A DNA stretch of 64,000 bases from an uncultured Chloroflexia bacterium (GTDB lineage Bacteria; Chloroflexota; Dehalococcoidia; Dehalococcoidales; RBG-16-60-22). Every line of letters begins with the position of its first letter. Positions within the stretch are counted from its first letter, which is position 1. This document shows positions 16,668-26,553 of the stretch, one piece after another. The stretch is from positions 1,930,519 through 1,994,518 of the forward strand of contig CAWCLJ010000004.1 in assembly GCA_963796365.1 (NCBI GenBank), read 5' to 3'. Under the pieces are notes generated by a model, which ran no database searches, was not told the DNA's origin, and worked only from the letters and a program-made list of their open reading frames with translations. Position numbers and translations under genes: made by a program.

Positions 16668-19589
16668 TTGATTTTCTTGAACGTTCACCAATTTGTTTCG
16701 AAGTGGCAACCCATAGAACTATCGGAAATAGCTGTTGCTCAGAGCCACTTTATAGATGTATGCGCGCTTATTGGACACCCAGCACCAACGGACGTGGATC
16801 CAAAAGGTGAATTCTTCACCTTTGAAGTGATCACTGATAAAGTGGGCGGTAACCGAGGTAGAGCTGACGCGTGGTATAAAGGCAGATTTATTTGGGAGTA
16901 CAAGCGTCCGGGATCCAACTTAAGTAAAGCCTACGACCAGCTTCTCCTCTACCGAGAGTCTCTCGGCAATCCGCCACTACTCATCACATCCGACACCCAT
17001 GACATATTCATCCACACCAATTTCACTAATACTATTAAAAAGACCTATAAGATTGACTTCGATATTCTTATGGGAGGCCAAGGCCTTACCCTCTTAAGGC
17101 GAGCCTTTTTTGAACCAGATTCTTTCAAGCCCGCCGAAACAAAGGAGCAAGTTACCGAGGCAACAGCCAATACATTCATAAATGTTGCCAATATCCTGCA
17201 ACAATGGACTCAAGCCAATAACTCAAACGAAGATACAGAAAGACTCGCCCATTTCATAATTCGGGTACTCTTTACCCTATTTGCGGAAGATATGGGATTG
17301 CTTCCTGATGACCTGTTCACTCAACTTGTGGACCAGTATAAACAGACAACCACCGCACAATTGACCGACTTCGCAGCCAGTTTGAGACAATTATTCGGTA
17401 CAATGCGTGATGGGGGACTTTTCGGCTTTTACCGCGTTAACCATTTTGATGGCGGTCTATTCGATGATGACTATGTGCCTGATATGCCTACTGATATAAT
17501 CCATGCCCTTAGACAAGCGTGTTCCCAGGATTGGTCGAATATCGATCCAAGTATATTCGGTGCTCTTTTCGAGCGAATCATAGACCAATCAAAGAGGTCC
17601 CAACTTGGTCTTCACTACACGAGTAAACAAGATATTATGCTACTTGTAGAGCCAACTATCATGGAACCACTAAGAAACGAATGGGCCTTTATAAAACAAA
17701 AGGTGAGACATAATCTCCAAGCTAATAATGAGCTTGCCTACTCTGACCTCAAAGGTTTCTCGGATCGTCTGTCCGAGCTCAAGATCCTTGATCCCGCTTG
17801 TGGGAGCGGAAACTTTCTTTATGTATCGCTTCAGCAATTGTTAGACCTACAAAAGGAAGTCATTACTTTTGCGTTGCAGGCTGGCCTTCCTGATATCCCC
17901 CTTACAGTTAATCCTGCTCAACTGTACGGTATAGAGACTAACCCATACGCATATGAATTGGCGCAAATCACTGTCTGGATCGGTTATCTGCAGTGGCGGT
18001 TTGATAACGGTTTTAGGGATATCCCTCAGCCAATTCTCCGCGTTCTGCATAATATCCAACATCGCGATGCTATCCTTACCCAAATCGACGGTAAACCATC
18101 GGAACCAGAATGGCCTGCGGCAGATTACATAGTCGGGAACCCACCTTTTTTAGGAAGCCGAAAAATGCGGCCCGAACTAGGAGATGCATACTGTGATGCC
18201 TTGTTACAAGTCTACCGGACACGCATCCGTGGACTTCCTGACCTTGTCTGTTACTGGTTCGACAAAGCCGCTAACCTAGTAGCATGTGGACAAACCAACA
18301 GGGTTGGGTTGATTGCCACACAAGCGATCCGTGGTGGCAACAATCGTCAGGTGCTCCAACACATCAAAAACATAGGCGACATCTTCTTAGCTTGGAGCGA
18401 TAGGGAATGGATATTGGATGGTGCCACGGTCCATGTTTCAATAATAGGTTTCGCTTCTGGACGCGAATCAGTAAAAGTACTAGATGGTCAGACAGTATCC
18501 GATATTAATTCGGACCTAACCTCGGGCGTTGACTTAACAGCCGTTTCCCAACTAAAAGAAAATCATGGTATATCATTTCAAGGAGTCATCCTTCGTGGCC
18601 CGTTCGAAATTACCGGCGTACAAGCCAGACGCATGCTCAATTCGCAGGACAATCCGAATGGACGACCCAACAGTGACGTGATACGTGTCAGAAGGACTGG
18701 GCGCGATGTTCTACACAATACTGCCGACTCCTTCATAGTGGATTTTGGGGTTGACATGACAATCCAGCAAGCTTCCGAATACGTTTTGCCTTTCGAACAC
18801 ATCAAGAACTCGGTACTTCCTATGCGTGCAAACACGAAACAAAGCGCTTCTATCAATAATTGGTGGTTGCACTGGAACCCGCGTCCAGAGATGAGGCGAG
18901 CTTTGTTAAAATTAAACCGCTACATCGCAACCCCCAGAATTGCAAAACATCGAATATTTGTATGGCTCGATGCGTCCATCCTTCCCGACGCTCAACTAGT
19001 TGTTTTTGCACGTTCTGATGACTATTTCTTCGGTGTCTTGCACTCACGTCCCCATGAGATTTGGGCACGCGGTACAGGGACACAGTTAAGAGACGCTGAA
19101 AGTGGCTTCCGCTATACTTCAACAACGACCTTCCAGACCTATCCCTTACCTTGGTCTCCGGGGCAAGAACCTCCATTAAAAGACAACGCCTACCTTCAAA
19201 TTTCCACTGCTGCAAGAAACCTAAATGATTTTCGTGAGCATTGGCTACATCCTGAGGGGGTTGGCGTTACTTTCTCCGAACGTGTAGCGAAACAACGCAC
19301 CCTCAACACCCTTTATAATGCGCTTGAATACTATCGGCGAAACGTCAAAGGAAAAACACGACAGCCATCAGATTGGACCAAGACTGTTAACTCAATCGCA
19401 TCTATCGATGATATTGAAGAGCTTGATTATCTCCATACCCAATTGGATATTGCAGTAATTTCGGCGTATGGATGGCCCCCTGGCATAACGGACCAAGACT
19501 TGCTTTCTCAACTCTACTCGCTCAATAAGAACCGTGCTATACGCACTGGAGTTCAGACGGAGGTGCCCTTGAATGACGATCAGCAGTGA
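16668..19589 (+). CDS. type IIL (MmeI-family) restriction-modification fusion enzyme: N-terminal PD-ExK nuclease plus N6-adenine methyltransferase plus TRD
   Basis: 973 aa. The N-terminal GRADAWYKGRFIWEYK gives D-x9-E-x-K, the same spacing as the MmeI nuclease motif, followed by NPPLLITSD. SAM motif I is LDPACGSGNFL and motif IV is VGNPPFLG. A long C-terminal target-recognition region follows. Confidence 0.8.
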   Translation: MIFLNVHQFVSKWQPIELSEIAVAQSHFIDVCALIGHPAPTDVDPKGEFFTFEVITDKVGGNRGRADAWYKGRFIWEYKRPGSNLSKAYDQLLLYRESLGNPPLLITSDTHDIFIHTNFTNTIKKTYKIDFDILMGGQGLTLLRRAFFEPDSFKPAETKEQVTEATANTFINVANILQQWTQANNSNEDTERLAHFIIRVLFTLFAEDMGLLPDDLFTQLVDQYKQTTTAQLTDFAASLRQLFGTMRDGGLFGFYRVNHFDGGLFDDDYVPDMPTDIIHALRQACSQDWSNIDPSIFGALFERIIDQSKRSQLGLHYTSKQDIMLLVEPTIMEPLRNEWAFIKQKVRHNLQANNELAYSDLKGFSDRLSELKILDPACGSGNFLYVSLQQLLDLQKEVITFALQAGLPDIPLTVNPAQLYGIETNPYAYELAQITVWIGYLQWRFDNGFRDIPQPILRVLHNIQHRDAILTQIDGKPSEPEWPAADYIVGNPPFLGSRKMRPELGDAYCDALLQVYRTRIRGLPDLVCYWFDKAANLVACGQTNRVGLIATQAIRGGNNRQVLQHIKNIGDIFLAWSDREWILDGATVHVSIIGFASGRESVKVLDGQTVSDINSDLTSGVDLTAVSQLKENHGISFQGVILRGPFEITGVQARRMLNSQDNPNGRPNSDVIRVRRTGRDVLHNTADSFIVDFGVDMTIQQASEYVLPFEHIKNSVLPMRANTKQSASINNWWLHWNPRPEMRRALLKLNRYIATPRIAKHRIFVWLDASILPDAQLVVFARSDDYFFGVLHSRPHEIWARGTGTQLRDAESGFRYTSTTTFQTYPLPWSPGQEPPLKDNAYLQISTAARNLNDFREHWLHPEGVGVTFSERVAKQRTLNTLYNALEYYRRNVKGKTRQPSDWTKTVNSIASIDDIEELDYLHTQLDIAVISAYGWPPGITDQDLLSQLYSLNKNRAIRTGVQTEVPLNDDQQ

Positions 19590-20673
19590 ATTGCACATTC
19601 AAACAGTCAATAGCAAAGGCACAATGCTTTCGATAATTACGCGAGCCGCCTCCTCAGGTAGATATAATAAGCTTATAGTTTTGGTTGCCTATGCCACCAG
19701 ATTAGGCTGTGATACTCTCATCGCAGCCCTCAAGGAGACATGCAAGAACTGGGTCTCGATAGATAAGCAGTGGATTATCTCTCTCGACTTTGGTCACACA
19801 CAACCAGAGGCTCTAGAAATTCTTGCTCAACTTCCTAAATCATCCGTATTCATTCCGAATGCCAACCTAGTTCTCAATTCAAAGCTAAAACCTCCGATTC
19901 GCTTCCACCCAAAGTTGTACTATTTTCAATCTGCTTCAGACCCGAATAAAGTTGCCATAGTATCCGGCTCATGTAACCTTACTAAGGGCGGACTATACTC
20001 GAATACTGAACAGGCAACGATTACAGTACTTCATCCTGTTCGTGCTGCATTGACTCCCGAAAGCATAGCTCATCTTCAAGCTACGCAAGCCATTATTGAA
20101 AACGTTTGCTCGGCTGCTGACCCGCTAACGAAGAAAATATTGGACAAATATCGCCTTCTTTGGCGGCCTAGCTATCTGCCTCCAGTTGAAAAACTCCCAT
20201 CTAGTACTTTTATCGCCCCCAACCCCTCGATTGACAGGAACAAAGCCTTAGCTTTATCGTCGGCTACTAATTTTTGGGTTCGAGTCACTAAAAAAGTAGT
20301 TCAAAATCTTGGACCAGACCGACCAGGGAACCAGATTGATATGCAGCGTGGATCAAGGGTCTTCTTTGGATTCAACGTGGCCAATGTCCCACTAAACACC
20401 GTTCTAGGGTCCGTTACTGTAAGATTTGAGAATCTGGGTTCTCTTCAACATCTCCGCTTCGGTAACAACGGTATGGACAAAATAACACTGCCCCCTCTCA
20501 TGGCACCTCGGACTTATGCCAAGCACACTCTACTTTTTCACCGATCTCCTAAAGGGCACTTTGACCTCAAAATCGGTACTTCTCAAAGCACAGATGAATG
20601 GAGACAACTATCGGCTCTTCAGAACACCCTTTATAGAATGAAAGGTGGAAGAGAGTTCGGGGTATTCGAGTAA
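19573..20673 (+). CDS. phospholipase-D-superfamily nuclease with an extra C-terminal domain (BfiI/NgoAVII-like architecture)
   Basis: 366 aa. The single HKD-type half-site is RFHPKLYYF ... AIVSGSCNLTKGG (HxK ... GSxN). The roughly 190-aa C-terminal domain is of unknown fold. It overlaps the upstream gene by 17 nt. Confidence 0.6.
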   Translation: MTISSELHIQTVNSKGTMLSIITRAASSGRYNKLIVLVAYATRLGCDTLIAALKETCKNWVSIDKQWIISLDFGHTQPEALEILAQLPKSSVFIPNANLVLNSKLKPPIRFHPKLYYFQSASDPNKVAIVSGSCNLTKGGLYSNTEQATITVLHPVRAALTPESIAHLQATQAIIENVCSAADPLTKKILDKYRLLWRPSYLPPVEKLPSSTFIAPNPSIDRNKALALSSATNFWVRVTKKVVQNLGPDRPGNQIDMQRGSRVFFGFNVANVPLNTVLGSVTVRFENLGSLQHLRFGNNGMDKITLPPLMAPRTYAKHTLLFHRSPKGHFDLKIGTSQSTDEWRQLSALQNTLYRMKGGREFGVFE

Positions 20674-20851
20674 TTTTTTCTGAATGTTACTCCGCCTCTT
20701 TATGATATTACATCTGGACTCCTTTTTAGGGGGTAGGTCAGGCATTTTTACTGGCTACATACGGCCCGATTACCAAAAGAGTATTTGACCTAGGCAACAA
20801 TTGCTTATTTTGTTACCCAACATTTCTGACAATTGTTATTCCGGTAGCTGA

Positions 20852-21613
20852 TTACGCCACTGCTTTCCTGTATACTCGCGACACCCACCAGAGAGTTACG
20901 ATAGCTAAAACCACCATTACAAAGAATGCCAGCCCGACCGTAGCGTTAATAATGCCACCGTTCGCCAACACTCTATCATCCTCGACAACGTAATAAAGAG
21001 GATTAAAGTGGGCAATGACCTGCATCCAAGTCGGTGCCAGGGACAAAGGCAGCAGGACGCCGGAAAGAAGCAGGATAGGGAGGTTAATGCCGGTAATGAT
21101 AGCAGAAAAACTGCTGATGTCTTTGTTAATAAGGGCGATTGCGATGGAAAAAGCGCCTGTAATTATTACTAGGAGAGCCAGCAGCACAAATGAGACCAGT
21201 AAACCGGGTATATGCGCATTAAAACCAAAGGGCACCGCCACAGCTATGAGAATAGCGACAAAAATAAATAGCCAGGCGATATCCGAAAGGATCGGGCTTA
21301 TTAACAAGGCGTACCGGCTCACCGGCGTGACCCTGAAACGTTCGATTAGTCCATCCCTCAAATCGAAAATTGTCTGGTATCCTTCGCTGCTGCCGTTACC
21401 GAAGGCCAAAAAAGCTAACATACCCGGTAAAAATACATCCAGGACGTTACTGGTCGGGAACCCCGGCCCGCCCGCCAGCTTCTGGAGCAAAGGAGTATAT
21501 AACGCTAAATATAGTAAAGGCGTTGAAAGTCCCACGATCAACCATGTAGGATTACGCAAAGATTGAATGAAGTTACGTTTAAACAGCAAAGCAATATCTC
21601 GAAATGATTTCAT
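20852..21613 (-). CDS. ABC-2 type transporter permease
   Basis: 253 aa with about six hydrophobic segments. It has a 4-nt overlap with the upstream ATPase gene. DrrB-like layout. Confidence 0.75.
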   Translation of the reverse strand: MKSFRDIALLFKRNFIQSLRNPTWLIVGLSTPLLYLALYTPLLQKLAGGPGFPTSNVLDVFLPGMLAFLAFGNGSSEGYQTIFDLRDGLIERFRVTPVSRYALLISPILSDIAWLFIFVAILIAVAVPFGFNAHIPGLLVSFVLLALLVIITGAFSIAIALINKDISSFSAIITGINLPILLLSGVLLPLSLAPTWMQVIAHFNPLYYVVEDDRVLANGGIINATVGLAFFVMVVLAIVTLWWVSRVYRKAVA

Positions 21614-22593
21614 ATTGACTCTCCATTTTCTTTACTATTCGGGCCGGCATCTCGGAGCGAACGGCCAGTCTTGCGTAAAAAAACATCATCCAGCGTCGGC
21701 TCAGATAAGGCGATTGTTTTCGCGGCGATATTTTCTTTGTCGAGTAAGCGTAACAGTTCCGGCAGGGCTGCCGCTCCGTCTTTAACATACAGGTGTACAT
21801 GTTCCGCTTCGATAGTAGCCTCACGCACGTATAGCTGTTGTCGGAAAATTCCGGCAGCTTTCTCGATTATCTCAACATCATCCTTAAAACTGAAAATAAC
21901 GCTATCTCCGGCAATTTGCTGCTTGAGCTCTCTGGATGTGCCTTCAGCTACGATCTTGCCATAGTCCATGATGGCCAGCCGGTCTGACAGGGTATCGGCT
22001 TCTTCCAGGTAATGTGTTGTTAGAAAGATGGTGGTACCGGAGTCACGGAGTTTACGGATTTGCACCCACAAGTTAGCCCGGTTTTGTGGGTCGAGGCCGG
22101 TAGTAGGCTCATCGAGAAAAAGGACTTCCGGACGGTGCATGATACCGAGCGCGACTTCAAGACGGCGTCTTTGTCCGCCGGAATAAGTGCTCCCTTTACG
22201 GTCGGCGAAGTCTCTTAGATCCAATACATCGATAACTTCTTCGGTACGTTTTTTCACCTCGAATGAACTCATTCCATTGAGGCGTCCCTGTAGCACTAAA
22301 TCTTCCCGGCCGGTAGCCAGGCGGTCGGCCCCGCCAAGTTGACCGACATAGCCCACATGCTGGCGTACTTTTGAAGGTTCCCTCCGGACATCGATACCCG
22401 CAACCATAGCTTCACCACTCTCAATTGGCAGCAGTGTCGCCAGCATGCGGAGAGTAGTAGTCTTACCGGCGCCATTTGGGCCCAGAAAACCAAATATTTC
22501 ACCCTTTTCCACATCCAGGTCCAAGCTATCGACAGCTTTGACTTTTTTACCAAATACCTTGGTCAATTTTTTAGTTGAAATGATGCTGTTCAT
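21610..22593 (-). CDS. ABC transporter ATP-binding protein (DrrA-like)
   Basis: Walker A GPNGAGKTT, signature YSGGQRRRL, Walker B LFLDEPTTGLD, plus the C-terminal extension typical of DrrA-type exporters. Confidence 0.88.
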   Translation of the reverse strand: MNSIISTKKLTKVFGKKVKAVDSLDLDVEKGEIFGFLGPNGAGKTTTLRMLATLLPIESGEAMVAGIDVRREPSKVRQHVGYVGQLGGADRLATGREDLVLQGRLNGMSSFEVKKRTEEVIDVLDLRDFADRKGSTYSGGQRRRLEVALGIMHRPEVLFLDEPTTGLDPQNRANLWVQIRKLRDSGTTIFLTTHYLEEADTLSDRLAIMDYGKIVAEGTSRELKQQIAGDSVIFSFKDDVEIIEKAAGIFRQQLYVREATIEAEHVHLYVKDGAAALPELLRLLDKENIAAKTIALSEPTLDDVFLRKTGRSLRDAGPNSKENGESI

Positions 22594-22985
22594 ACGTTCT
22601 CCATTATCTATTCCTTAAATCTTGAAAAGCCGGTAACATGTTCCCGGATATCCAAGGGTAGTGAAAGGCAAATATTGCCTTGATTTACTCGGATTGTCTA
22701 GTCGCCAAACGGCATACAAGACTCACATTCATTGATAACTTGGATTGTGTTCATGTTGAGGACACTTGTACTAAGTATATCAATTGGTGTCAAAATAATA
22801 GAGAGAGAATTTACATATTAGGTAGATAGTGAGACTTAATGGCTGGTTTAAAAGTGACTATGTTTGCAGGGATTCTCTTATATTCTCGAAAATTCTCTCA
22901 ATTTCTTTAGTGAATAGGCAAGAACCCCCTGCGCTCTTGGCGCAGGGATGAATTGCCAAAAAGGCGCATATAGTATAATGGCGGT

Positions 22986-23438
22986 GTGTCAAAAGATCTA
23001 GAAAGCGATATATGGCATTGGTATCACAATGTATCTGAGCCATATTATCACATACAAATAACGGTAAAGTATCGAAAAGCGTTAATGAAGGCCGATACGG
23101 AGAGGGTGATACTGGAGACGGTAAAGAATATCAAGGAAAGATATGCAATAGAAGTCTCACATGTGGGGTTCGATAAAAACCATGTGCATTTACTTTGTAA
23201 ATTTCTGCCAAAATATTCTGGGGGACAAGTAATCAGGTTAATAAAATCGGTAACCGCGAGAGAAATATTCAAGCAAGTACCCGAGATAAAGAAGGAATTG
23301 TGGGGAGGGGAGTTTTGGAGGGACGGTTATTATTTTGCGACGGTAAGTGGTAGAGGGGACAGACAAATAATCGAGAAGTACATCGAGAAACAGGGGAGAG
23401 CAGAGGATATCAGGCAATTGAAGCTATTCGAATTATGA
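22986..23438 (+). CDS. tnpA: IS200/IS605 family Y1 (HUH) transposase TnpA
   Basis: 150 aa with YHIQITVKYRK, the HUH motif NHVHLL and the catalytic-Tyr region RDGYYFATVSG. GTG start. Confidence 0.88.
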   Translation: MSKDLESDIWHWYHNVSEPYYHIQITVKYRKALMKADTERVILETVKNIKERYAIEVSHVGFDKNHVHLLCKFLPKYSGGQVIRLIKSVTAREIFKQVPEIKKELWGGEFWRDGYYFATVSGRGDRQIIEKYIEKQGRAEDIRQLKLFEL

Positions 23439-23439
23439 A
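23432..23439. repeat. left 8-bp target-site duplication ATTATGAA of the IS256-family insertion
   Basis: An identical octamer is at 24803-24810. It contains the tnpA stop codon (TGA 23436-23438). Confidence 0.8.
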
Positions 23440-24802
23440 GAGGTTCCGTCAATAGGTGTGTAAATGTCAGGCGACGGCAAGTATCTCCTCCTGTTTGATT
23501 TCTCCCGGGCCCAGGCTTTCGATACCCAGGTAAACTTCCTGTAATATCTCCGGTGCATCCAGCTTTCTGAATCGCTGCTCGGCAATCAAAAGCATCTTCC
23601 AGGTTACTGCCGTAGCGTTGGCCACTTTCTTAAAGCGCTTGGCCGCATCGGTCCGCAGTCTCAGAGCGGCGAAGGGCGATTCGACCGGGTTGGTGGTTCG
23701 AAGATGCTTCCAGTGCTCCTTCGGGAACCGATAAAAGGTCACCATCCGCTCCCAGTCATGCTCTAGTGCCGCGGCGGCCCGGTCATAGCCTTCTTTCCGG
23801 CACCAGCGGACGAAGTGGTCGCGCTTAACTTCGGCTTCCTCGCGGTCTGCCGAGTACACAATTCCCTGTAATTCATTCTTAGCATTGCCTTGTGCCTTCT
23901 TCGGTAACTTATCCAGCACGTTTCGCACTTTGTGATTCCAGCAACGCTGCTCCAGCGCATCGGGAAAGACAGCATTCAAGGCTCCCCAGATGCCCAGGTG
24001 ACCATCGCCCACTACCAGCCGGGGACAGTTCAGACCGCGTCCTTTGAGGGAACGCAACAGGTCGGACCAGCTTTCGGTAGATTCGCGATACCCGGGCTCC
24101 ACCGCCAGGATCACCTTCCGCCCATCGCTTAATGCGCCGATCACCACCAGCAGCGCCGCCTTAGTTTTCTCCAGACCAGCCTTGATGTATACTCCGTCAA
24201 CCCACATGTAGACCAGTCTCAGACCTTTGAGACTGCGCCGCCGCCACTCTTCCCATTCAGCTTGCCAGCTCTCCTTGAGTCGGGCTATCGTACTGGCGGA
24301 GATGGGCGCCTCTTCTCCCAACAGACCCCGTAGCGCCAGGTCAAAATCACCTTGCGCCAGACCGTGCAGGTAAAGCTGTGGTAAAAGCTGATTTACCTCT
24401 TTCGTCCTTCTGGCGAACAACGGCAATACCCGGCTCTTGAAACGCTCCGCCAGACCTCTGACCCTGGGCCGGCGCACGGTAATGGTCCCACAGCCCAGCG
24501 TTAGCCTTCGCCGCTTGCCGTAGCCATTCCGGTACGCCCGCGAAGCATCCAGTCCCTCGCGCCGCTCGGACTTGCCGCGCCCCAACAGCTCTGTTATTTC
24601 ATCTTCCAGTAGAGCCTGGATGAATTCCCTCACCTTCACCCGCACCATCTCTTCGAGATAATCCCAGACTTCACTTGACGACTCCGGCTTCCCTGTGGTT
24701 TGCTTTCCCATGGTGGTGGGTACCCTCCTTCTGTTTGTTTCATCACTAACAGAAAGGGTACTCGCTGCCGCTAACTATTTCCACACTTTTTGATGATACC
24801 TC
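23440..24802 (-). mobile_element. IS256-family (Mutator-type) insertion sequence
   Basis: 1363 bp. The imperfect terminal inverted repeats are GAGGTTCCGTCAATAGGTGTGTAAAT (23440-) and the reverse complement of 24777-24802, GAGGTATCATCAAAAAGTGTGGAAAT (about 20 of 26 match). It is flanked by 8-bp direct repeats and has a single transposase ORF. Confidence 0.85.
23467..24711 (-). CDS. IS256 family transposase
   Basis: 414 aa. The Mutator-type transposase layout is VREFIQALLEDEITELLG ... YMWVDGVYIK ... VVGDGHLGIWGAL ... QRCWNHKVRNVLDKLPK. It is GC-rich relative to the surroundings. Confidence 0.9.
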   Translation of the reverse strand: MGKQTTGKPESSSEVWDYLEEMVRVKVREFIQALLEDEITELLGRGKSERREGLDASRAYRNGYGKRRRLTLGCGTITVRRPRVRGLAERFKSRVLPLFARRTKEVNQLLPQLYLHGLAQGDFDLALRGLLGEEAPISASTIARLKESWQAEWEEWRRRSLKGLRLVYMWVDGVYIKAGLEKTKAALLVVIGALSDGRKVILAVEPGYRESTESWSDLLRSLKGRGLNCPRLVVGDGHLGIWGALNAVFPDALEQRCWNHKVRNVLDKLPKKAQGNAKNELQGIVYSADREEAEVKRDHFVRWCRKEGYDRAAAALEHDWERMVTFYRFPKEHWKHLRTTNPVESPFAALRLRTDAAKRFKKVANATAVTWKMLLIAEQRFRKLDAPEILQEVYLGIESLGPGEIKQEEILAVA

Positions 24803-24810
24803 ATTATGAA
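24803..24810. repeat. right 8-bp target-site duplication ATTATGAA
   Basis: See 23432-23439. Confidence 0.8.
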
Positions 24811-25938
24811 AGGTAAGACGCCCTGTGCTCTTGGCACAGGGCAGTTCACAATATTCTTTTTCAAGAATAGGCTATATCATTATTCTTTTTAGGAATAAAA
24901 GAGACTTTATCACAACGAAACGCTATCGTCGGATTCTCCAGATTACATATTTCACCCCATACAAGATACATTTTTACGTAACTAAAGCTCATATATAGCA
25001 ATTTGTAATTATTTATGCTTTTCATTATCAAGAACGTTGTTCTTTTTATGGATTTCGATTCAGGGTGTGTTGCTACCATGCCCAATAGCTAATGTCCTAA
25101 TTTCTTTTTCGGAGTGTCGGGCTTATACCAAACACGTACGTTTCTAATTGGCCGGAATATAGAGGATATGGTATTCACTCACTAATGTCTTTCAGAGCGG
25201 TTCAAGATTTATACGGATACCTTTTCATTGGACTTCAAGTAAATTGTTCACCTAACATCTGTTGCACGAAATAGCTTTTGCTATTTGTCTACACCCAACA
25301 ATTCTCGGAAATGTGTAATTACAGGTAACGTCACGTCACTAAAGTCATTTTCTAACCTTTATCTCGAATGAAAAGATGATTTTTGGCCAGCTAAACGCAT
25401 GTGAACCTCCACATATTTATACTTTGGTAATAAATTCTGAATTTAGCGTGTCTTTTATTTTTCTCATTTTCATTTTTCTAATCATAATTATTGTTTTCTT
25501 AACCAAAATTTAATGGCGTCTTAAATCTTTCCTAACTTTTTGATATTTAAACTGTTATAAGCAATAGAATTGTTAGAAAATTTGAAAGTGAAGAAGTTAA
25601 CATTTCTCTTTTTGATGTTGATCTTGAGTCTGATAGCGCTTCTAGCTTGCCGTTCAGTAAATTCAACCTCAACTAATATATCAACGGCTACTTTAATATC
25701 TTCAACGACCTCAATCGTATTTATTACTCCTTTCACTTCTTCAGCTAAATTGGTCCCTATTTTTCCGCTTATGATTAGCAAATCGGCAGACCACCAGATT
25801 GATGATGCTATGGCAACCTTTCGAAGTGGGTTTGCCTGTAAATCTGAAAGGTAGTTGCTTTATCAACTTATTACTACAGGGCTCAACTTAACAATTCTCC
25901 ATATTTTCTATCTTTGCTAAAAATAGGTCATTATCAAG

Positions 25939-25965
25939 GGAACTTTTAAGCGTTTTTTTACGTAA
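25939..25965 (+). promoter_or_regulatory. ECF-type (autoregulatory) promoter
   Basis: GGAAC (25939-25943), 17 nt, CGTAA (25961-25965), about 24 nt upstream of the sigma-factor ATG. It fits the GGAAC-N16/17-CGT ECF promoter class. Confidence 0.5.
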
Positions 25966-25988
25966 CATTTTATAGAAGAGGTGCTTCG

Positions 25989-26528
25989 ATGGACGAAAAA
26001 TGGACTCAGGTGTCTGAGAGCGAAGTGATTAAAAAATGTCAGGAAGGTGACCGGGAAGCATTCCGGTTTCTCGTGGAATGGTATCGAGATATCCTTTACG
26101 GAACAGCATTCTTGATGACGAGGGATAAGGTGGTAACCGAAGACCAGGTTCAAGAAGCATTCATTTCCGCCTGGAAGAATATCCGAAGTTTTCACCTGGG
26201 AAGTCCGATGAAACCTTGGATAGTTCGTATTCTGGTGAATAAGGTGCTTAGCTACCGTAGGAACAATTCAATAGCCTTTACATCTCTTAACGCAAATTTA
26301 ATTATTGAAACTGCTACCTGCGATGCGACGGAAGATGTAGAACGGCACGAACAACTTGAGCAAGCCCTCAACCATCTTTCCGAGGAGCAGCGCCAGGTCA
26401 TATTACTGCGTTATTTTACCGGTCTTTCGCTGGAGGAGACCTCGTCTGTTCTTGGGCGACTGCCTGGCACTATAAAGTCTCAAACACACCGGGCGCTCGA
26501 ACAACTTAAATACTCGATTAACCGCTAG
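25989..26528 (+). CDS. ECF-family RNA polymerase sigma factor
   Basis: 179 aa. Region 2 is FRFLVEWYRDILYGTAFLMTRD...AEDQVQEAF, region 4 is EEQRQVILLRYFTGLSLEETSSVLG...GTIKSQTHRAL. Confidence 0.88.
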   Translation: MDEKWTQVSESEVIKKCQEGDREAFRFLVEWYRDILYGTAFLMTRDKVVTEDQVQEAFISAWKNIRSFHLGSPMKPWIVRILVNKVLSYRRNNSIAFTSLNANLIIETATCDATEDVERHEQLEQALNHLSEEQRQVILLRYFTGLSLEETSSVLGRLPGTIKSQTHRALEQLKYSINR

Positions 26529-26553
26529 AACCATTTAAAAGGAGGATAAAAGT

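Larger units (their letters stand above)
22927..24841 (+). mobile_element. IS200/IS605-family element (tnpA only), interrupted by an IS256-family insertion
   Basis: Near-identical end hairpins CCCTGCGC-TCTTG-GCGCAGGG (22927-22947) and CCCTGTGC-TCTTG-GCACAGGG (24821-24841) bracket a Y1 transposase gene. Exact element tips were not determined. Confidence 0.7.

Noticed and set aside
24850-25988. A 1.1-kb very AT-rich gene-free stretch with short ORFs (24861..25085, 25521..25781), considered as possible small genes or toxin-antitoxin pairs.
   Set aside because: There are no SD/start context, no motifs and no partner ORFs. It is more likely decayed or regulatory spacer DNA next to the IS elements. 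It contains the ECF promoter at its right end.
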